Source: an uncultured virus (IMG/VR IMGVR_UViG_3300015306_000001) (taxonomy: Duplodnaviria; Heunggongvirae; Uroviricota; Caudoviricetes). Taken from it: DNA of 20,000 nucleotides. The notes under the pieces were generated by a model. That model was not told where the DNA came from and did no database searches. It saw nothing but the letters and a program-made list of their open reading frames with translations. Location of the stretch: the IMG/VR virus record IMGVR_UViG_3300015306_000001; one strand, 5' to 3'. A program made the position numbers and the translations under genes. How positions within the stretch are numbered: the first letter of the stretch is position 1; every line of letters starts with the position of its first letter. This document shows positions 15,666 through 20,000 of the stretch, piece by piece.

Positions 15666-16788
15666 ATTCGTCATAGATCGCAACTCGATTTCGAGTAACT
15701 TCACCATGCTTTCGATGATACGTGACAGATTGCATTGATCGGCCAGAAAGAAAGCCCTCGTTGAAATGCCAAGCATCCTGTGCTGAAGGCGATTGATGGC
15801 TCTCGCAAATGACACCGCCTGCCTCGTTGACAAATCGCTCCACATGATGAATATGAAACGTATGAACGTATCGATGTTTCGTCCTGCCCCAATCCTCAGC
15901 GCGTCGAACAGCCATGATTTGCGGCATGTCCTTCATCTTTGCGGTGTGGCCATGAACCCCACCAAGAAGAACGTTATCGAATCGATACCACCAGAAAAGC
16001 GAAGGAGACGTATCTACGGTAACGCGCTCTTCGTTTCGATACCAAGCAGCCAAGAAATAGGAAATCGCAAAACACGCTGTTTCGTCGTGGTTTCCAGGCA
16101 AGATACGAACCGTAACTTTCGGAAATTTCTGCAACGCCAAGTCTGTGATCTTTACAAAAAGATCGCAAGCCGCTCGAAGGACTTTTGAGAAACGTGAATC
16201 TACGTCAAGTGCGTTCTTGGATTTTGATGTATGATTGTCGAAATTATTTGTATGAGTCGCATCGCCGCCGCCAAGAATCACGCAATGCGCGGCATTAGGC
16301 GTATTCTCAACAAGACGCTTTGCTGTTTGCGTAATGACGCGATCAGCAATCGAAATATCCCAATCGTTTCCTGTTTCCTCCGCCCAGCTAAACAAGCCAA
16401 CGTGTGCATCAGCAACCGCGATCAATGTCAAGAGATCGTCGTCAGCATAACCTTTTGGCTTTGGATTCAGATAGGGAGCTTGGTAGCTTTCGAAACTTTC
16501 CTTCAAAACCTCAGCAATTGCTTCTGCTGAAGGCTGATCGGCTTTTGTTTTCAACCAACGCATTTTGATATTGCCAGCGTCATCATAAAGCACCGATTCG
16601 CCTTTTACGATTTGCCCAACAGGAAGGGCTTGTGGCAAACGCCCATCAAGTCCACGCTCAGAGGCACGCTGAAGCCGATTCTGCAAAGAAGATCGTGCAA
16701 TTCCAAGCTTCTTGGCCGCGCCCGCCGCTGTCCCCTCGGAAGCCAAAGCAGCCAGCGATTCTTTAAGCAGTTCATCGGACAGATACAT
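15664..16788 (-). CDS. calcineurin-like metallophosphoesterase with N-terminal HTH
   Basis: DAHVG, GGGDATH, GNHD, HGH, HIHH motifs; N-terminal AAKKLGIARSSLQNRL HTH. Confidence 0.88.
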   Translation of the reverse strand: MYLSDELLKESLAALASEGTAAGAAKKLGIARSSLQNRLQRASERGLDGRLPQALPVGQIVKGESVLYDDAGNIKMRWLKTKADQPSAEAIAEVLKESFESYQAPYLNPKPKGYADDDLLTLIAVADAHVGLFSWAEETGNDWDISIADRVITQTAKRLVENTPNAAHCVILGGGDATHTNNFDNHTSKSKNALDVDSRFSKVLRAACDLFVKITDLALQKFPKVTVRILPGNHDETACFAISYFLAAWYRNEERVTVDTSPSLFWWYRFDNVLLGGVHGHTAKMKDMPQIMAVRRAEDWGRTKHRYVHTFHIHHVERFVNEAGGVICESHQSPSAQDAWHFNEGFLSGRSMQSVTYHRKHGEVTRNRVAIYDE

Positions 16789-16806
16789 GGGACACTCTCA
16801 TCATGA

Positions 16807-16842
16807 CAAAAGAAAAGAGCCGTAGCTTAAAGCTAACGGCTC
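16807..16842 (-). terminator. intrinsic terminator after the lysis module
   Basis: GAGCCGTTAGCT-tta-AGCTACGGCTC then TTTTCTTTT on the minus strand. Confidence 0.75.
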
Positions 16843-16846
16843 CCTT

Positions 16847-16875
16847 TTCATACAACAATCAATCGCGAAAGTCAA
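16847..16875 (-). promoter_or_regulatory. sigma70-type promoter
   Basis: TTGACT-17 nt-TATGAA; shares ACTTGACTTTC with the promoter at 7046. Confidence 0.6.
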
Positions 16876-17594
16876 GTCTTTGAAGCGCGAAAGCCTGCTT
16901 TTTCAGCCTCTTCAGGCGTTGCAAAGCATTTATCGGGTGACATGCCTTCTCTGTGATGGGATGTTGGCAAGTGATAAATACGTCTCCCGCCATTTGTGTT
17001 GCCCCACACAGGCTTTGCGTCAGGGCAAATTGGATCGTTAGAAAAAGCGACTTCACGAGAAACAGCCGTATAGGCTAGAGGCGTTACAACAACTGTGTTG
17101 TTTGTATCAAAGCGCGTTCCCAAGAAAAAAGCAACAACAAGCGCGATCACGGCAACACAAAAGATAAGGAAACCATCCGGCAAACGCATTCCTTTTCGAG
17201 AGATATCGGGGCTAAAGAACAAGAGGAAGAAGCCAAAGCCCATCAATCCACGGCCAAAAAGCGAAGAAGGCGTAGAAATCCAGTCAAGAGGCTGGCCAAA
17301 ATAATTCCATGCCAAAGACCAAAGCCCGACATACACCGAGCCCAAAGCGAGCGCTGTAACGCCAAGCGCCGCTAGATGGCTCCCTTCGGATTCATCGCTT
17401 CTGGCACCTCGAAAAAGAATATCGAAAGCGGTTGGAGAATAGCGAAGAAATGTAATGCCGCCGAATACCAGCAAAAAAACGGCGACAAATGTTGAAAACA
17501 CGACACTTGGTAGGAGTAGACCCGCCGCCCAATATGCTGAAATGGCAAGGGCAACAGCTAAAAGCAGGCGATTCTTAGCGATTTTTGTCAACAT
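16872..17594 (-). CDS. multi-TM membrane protein with a C-terminal ExoI/SunI (Ada-metal-binding-like) domain
   Basis: About 5 TM segments, then CP...WGN....RIYHLP......CFATPEEAEKAGFRAS. Confidence 0.78.
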   Translation of the reverse strand: MLTKIAKNRLLLAVALAISAYWAAGLLLPSVVFSTFVAVFLLVFGGITFLRYSPTAFDILFRGARSDESEGSHLAALGVTALALGSVYVGLWSLAWNYFGQPLDWISTPSSLFGRGLMGFGFFLLFFSPDISRKGMRLPDGFLIFCVAVIALVVAFFLGTRFDTNNTVVVTPLAYTAVSREVAFSNDPICPDAKPVWGNTNGGRRIYHLPTSHHREGMSPDKCFATPEEAEKAGFRASKT

Positions 17595-17772
17595 CTTCTT
17601 CCATCAATTTTAGCATACCGGCCATATTAGACATAACTCGTGCGCCAGATTTGATGGATTGCACGTTGTTTTTAAGCCTGCCGCGCTCTTCTTCCAAGGC
17701 GCAATCGGTTTCATGTTTTCGCTGGGCAAAATTATTGCCCGTAAAGCTTTGAAGAAAATCACGCAAGCTCAT
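17575..17772 (-). CDS. small coiled-coil protein in the lysis module
   Basis: 65 aa; ATGA overlap; AAGGA RBS. Confidence 0.7.
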   Translation of the reverse strand: MSLRDFLQSFTGNNFAQRKHETDCALEEERGRLKNNVQSIKSGARVMSNMAGMLKLMEEDVDKNR

Positions 17773-18038
17773 TGACGATTCCGTTCCTTAACAATTTCAA
17801 GGACGGACTGCATAGCGCTTGTGTTCGCCTGCATTTGGTTGCGAACGCTTTCGCCAATATTTGCATATTCTTTGACATCGGCCAACCAAGCGTCACGAGT
17901 TTTTTGATGAGCTTCCTGTTCGGCGTTGTAGCGTCGGACGGCGTAAGCGATTCCGAGCAAGAGAAGGATACAGACAGCGCCAATAACGCCAACGTCTAGA
18001 ATCTTCTGACTTGCTCCTAAGAGAGCATCGTCGGGCAT
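17769..18038 (-). CDS. putative holin-like single-TM protein
   Basis: One TM followed by a coiled coil, directly after the endolysin. Confidence 0.6.
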   Translation of the reverse strand: MPDDALLGASQKILDVGVIGAVCILLLLGIAYAVRRYNAEQEAHQKTRDAWLADVKEYANIGESVRNQMQANTSAMQSVLEIVKERNRQ

Positions 18039-18046
18039 TTGATTTT

Positions 18047-18898
18047 CTAGCCTGCGTTAGGAGGCGCACGATACGTTTGCACAACGCCCATAATGAAGTT
18101 GGACAAAGACGTTAGAACAAAGGCAAAGGCCGCTCCCACCGCTGCCGTATTAGCATCGGCTGGAATCCAACCGAAAGACACCAACATAACAAGGATTGCT
18201 CCTGCAAGGCCACTGCCCTGAGCGACACCTTTGCCAGCGCCGACCGCTTTTGAAGCTTGTTCCACGGGCGTTGTTGCTTTCTCTTCCACGGGCTTTTCCT
18301 CTTTCGCGACTTCGGGCTTTGGGTCTGCAACAGGAGCAGGGGCAGGCATAGCCTCGCCTAATTCGCGCATACGATCTAGAATTTGTTCAACCTCTTCCGG
18401 TTTTACCAGTGACTTGTTGAGAGCATCACCTGCGTAATAAGACTGGCCGCGAACCAAAACCCTATGCGCACCTTTAATTGCCTGAAGAACCGGAAATGAG
18501 GCCCATTCCTGCGAAAGGCGCTTTCCGAATTCCGTCCGATCGATTTTGCCAGCCATGAAGTCGTTGTAACCACGGCGCTTCAAAAGGTGAAAGCCAAGTC
18601 TATCTTGAAGATCGGGATCGAGCGTCTGCGTGCCGCGAAGGCCAAGCTCACGTTTGAGGTCCGTTAGCGTGGCGCGCATGAATTGATAACCACCAGTCGC
18701 GGACGAACCAAAGCGTTTTGACCAATCCGCCTGAGCACCAATGATTTCGTCAATCGTCATCTGTGTGATTGGTTTAGGAAGCTTGTCTTGATTGAAACCA
18801 TAAATGACGTTATAGCCAGACGGTCCATCCGTACCGACTTCTGTGTCACGGATAAAATCAAGCAAAAGGGCTGCGGCTAGGGGAACTGAGCGATCCAT
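18047..18898 (-). CDS. endolysin (lysozyme-like fold) with C-terminal membrane segments
   Basis: LLDFIRDTE..Y..YG...MTIDEI..Q...SATGGYQF..TL...QDRL...LSQEWASFP; Pro/Glu/Lys linker; two hydrophobic helices; ATG 18898 in a TAATG overlap. Confidence 0.88.
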   Translation of the reverse strand: MDRSVPLAAALLLDFIRDTEVGTDGPSGYNVIYGFNQDKLPKPITQMTIDEIIGAQADWSKRFGSSATGGYQFMRATLTDLKRELGLRGTQTLDPDLQDRLGFHLLKRRGYNDFMAGKIDRTEFGKRLSQEWASFPVLQAIKGAHRVLVRGQSYYAGDALNKSLVKPEEVEQILDRMRELGEAMPAPAPVADPKPEVAKEEKPVEEKATTPVEQASKAVGAGKGVAQGSGLAGAILVMLVSFGWIPADANTAAVGAAFAFVLTSLSNFIMGVVQTYRAPPNAG

Positions 18899-19365
18899 TA
18901 TAGTCTTCCTCCGACGCGAACCGCCGTGTAAATGAGTGAACGGGTTAAAAGTGGGCAAACAGCGCGCAAGTTTTTGTTGTTACGTGAAATCTGAAACGGC
19001 AATGTGAGTGCGTCACGCAAAACGTCGTCTGCGTCTTTGCGCGAGAAATTATTTAAGACGCCAGTGCGAATCTGGTCATAAAGGAAGTCATGCAACACGA
19101 ATGCTTGTGCATGCGGGGCGTCTGACTGCACATAGGATTGAACGATAGACGGAATAGAGCCAAGATCGGTCATGAATCCATCAGGGATCGTGAATGCCAG
19201 ATTTGTCTTTTCGTCTATGTATTGGAATGATTTGAGAACGCGCACAATCCGGCGCGCTCCCGAAACAACGACGTATGATTCGCCGTTAACCGTTCGATAC
19301 GATTCCGTGCCACCGACAAAGCGGTCGGTGGATTCGAATTGAAGAGGTTGTGTAAATGAACTCAC
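18898..19365 (-). CDS. DUF1353-family protein
   Basis: IPDGFMTDLGSIP...VLHDFLY...SRKDADDVL...YTAVR.GG. Confidence 0.88.
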   Translation of the reverse strand: MSSFTQPLQFESTDRFVGGTESYRTVNGESYVVVSGARRIVRVLKSFQYIDEKTNLAFTIPDGFMTDLGSIPSIVQSYVQSDAPHAQAFVLHDFLYDQIRTGVLNNFSRKDADDVLRDALTLPFQISRNNKNLRAVCPLLTRSLIYTAVRVGGRL

Positions 19366-19380
19366 GTCGGGGAGCCTTTG

Positions 19381-19800
19381 CTAGAGGGTTTGCGCCTCAC
19401 GGAACAGGTTATCAATAGCAGAATCATCTAGACCAAGCGATTGGCCTAGACCGGCAACTAATGGGTGATCACGTCGCAATTCGGCAGCGTAATCCCATTC
19501 GATCCGAGCCTCTTCGCCCGGTTGACCTTCCATCGCTTCAATCGCATCATTTGCAGCCTTCAGGACGCCAGCCCGTGATAGAGCAAGCCGCGCCTGACGC
19601 ATTGTAACGGATTCGGGAACCGGCGCGACTGGTGTGGCCGGTGTCGTGAACGCCTTGCCGTCGTAGAGCCAGCCGATGCCGGCGCCAAGTGGAAGGAGCA
19701 CAAGCCCCTCCGCCTTGGCGAAGGCGTCATTGGCTAGGATGGAGTTCACCACCACGCCGTTGGCGATGCGCGCGTAGGCGCTGATCTGAGCTTCGGCCAT
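19381..19800 (-). CDS. tail fibre-associated protein
   Basis: MAEAQISAYARIANGVVVN...IGWLYDG..F..P...VPESVTMRQARLAL...WDYA....RDHP; ATG 19800 in a TGATG overlap with GAGG RBS. Confidence 0.82.
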   Translation of the reverse strand: MAEAQISAYARIANGVVVNSILANDAFAKAEGLVLLPLGAGIGWLYDGKAFTTPATPVAPVPESVTMRQARLALSRAGVLKAANDAIEAMEGQPGEEARIEWDYAAELRRDHPLVAGLGQSLGLDDSAIDNLFREAQTL

Positions 19801-20000
19801 CAGAAGAACCTCACAGTCACAAGGCCTGCCCCGCCATTGGCGCCAGCAGCGAAGCTCCCAACACCGCCACCACCGCCACCACCGCCAGGAAAGCCGCCAG
19901 CGGCGTGGTGGTGAACTCCATCCTAGCCAATGACGCCTTCGCCAAGGCGGAGGGGCTTGTGCTCCTTCCACTTGGCGCCGGCATCGGCTGGCTCTACGAC
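19660..20000. repeat. perfect inverted repeat of at least 100 bp (19660-19759 vs 19901-20000), 141-bp spacer
   Basis: 19901-20000 is the exact reverse complement of 19660-19759 and runs to the window edge. Confidence 0.97.
19800..19901 (-). CDS. C-terminal fragment of a glycine-rich tail fibre-type protein
   Basis: AGGFPGGGGGGGGVGSFAAGANGGAGLVTVRFF*; the upstream frame is replaced by the inverted duplicate, which has an in-frame TAG at 19925-19923. Confidence 0.7.
   Translation of the reverse strand, partial: AGGFPGGGGGGGGVGSFAAGANGGAGLVTVRFF

Noticed and set aside
17759..17992. Embedded minus-strand ORF with LLALSVSFSC as a possible o-spanin
   Set aside because: TTG start just after an in-frame stop, no basic n-region, non-canonical lipobox, not Pro-rich.
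19801..19971. Trp/Arg-rich N-terminal extension of the 196-aa ORF (WRWWRWWR)
   Set aside because: Out-of-frame reading of poly-Gly codons plus the inverted duplicate; the real start is ATG 19800.
1..20000. Stop-codon reassignment, introns/inteins, tRNA genes
   Set aside because: TAA, TAG and TGA all end genes with tight standard-code packing; the visible DnaE part and the helicase are uninterrupted; no cloverleaf seen in the few intergenic gaps.

Overview
Segment of a dsDNA tailed-phage genome. The host is probably an alphaproteobacterium (inferred from promoter style and gene families). 1-7316 (minus strand) is a replication/nucleotide module: a family-C DNA polymerase (DnaE-like, runs off the left edge, absent from the ORF track), a stand-alone DEDDh exonuclease, an HNH endonuclease, a DUF3310-like protein, a HAD phosphatase, an SSB-like protein and many small ORFs. 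7317-7690 is a non-coding region with divergent sigma70-type promoters and iteron-like CTATACCAAAT repeats (candidate origin). 7691-15637 (plus strand) holds two HNH-AP2 endonucleases, a SNF2-family helicase, small proteins (including a tandem paralogue pair missed by the ORF track) and a GC-rich insert (about 13.2-15.2 kb) whose 473-aa ORF is a string of short unique modules joined by alternating repeated linkers. After a terminator at 15641-15665, the minus strand carries the end of the late region: Gly-rich tail-fibre end, tail-associated protein, DUF1353 protein, endolysin with a C-terminal membrane segment, holin-like genes, a membrane protein with an ExoI/SunI-like tail, and a metallophosphoesterase. 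The last 100 bp are a perfect inverted copy of 19660-19759, probably an artefact. No tRNA, rRNA or CRISPR array was seen. Family names come from motif recognition by eye, not database searches.
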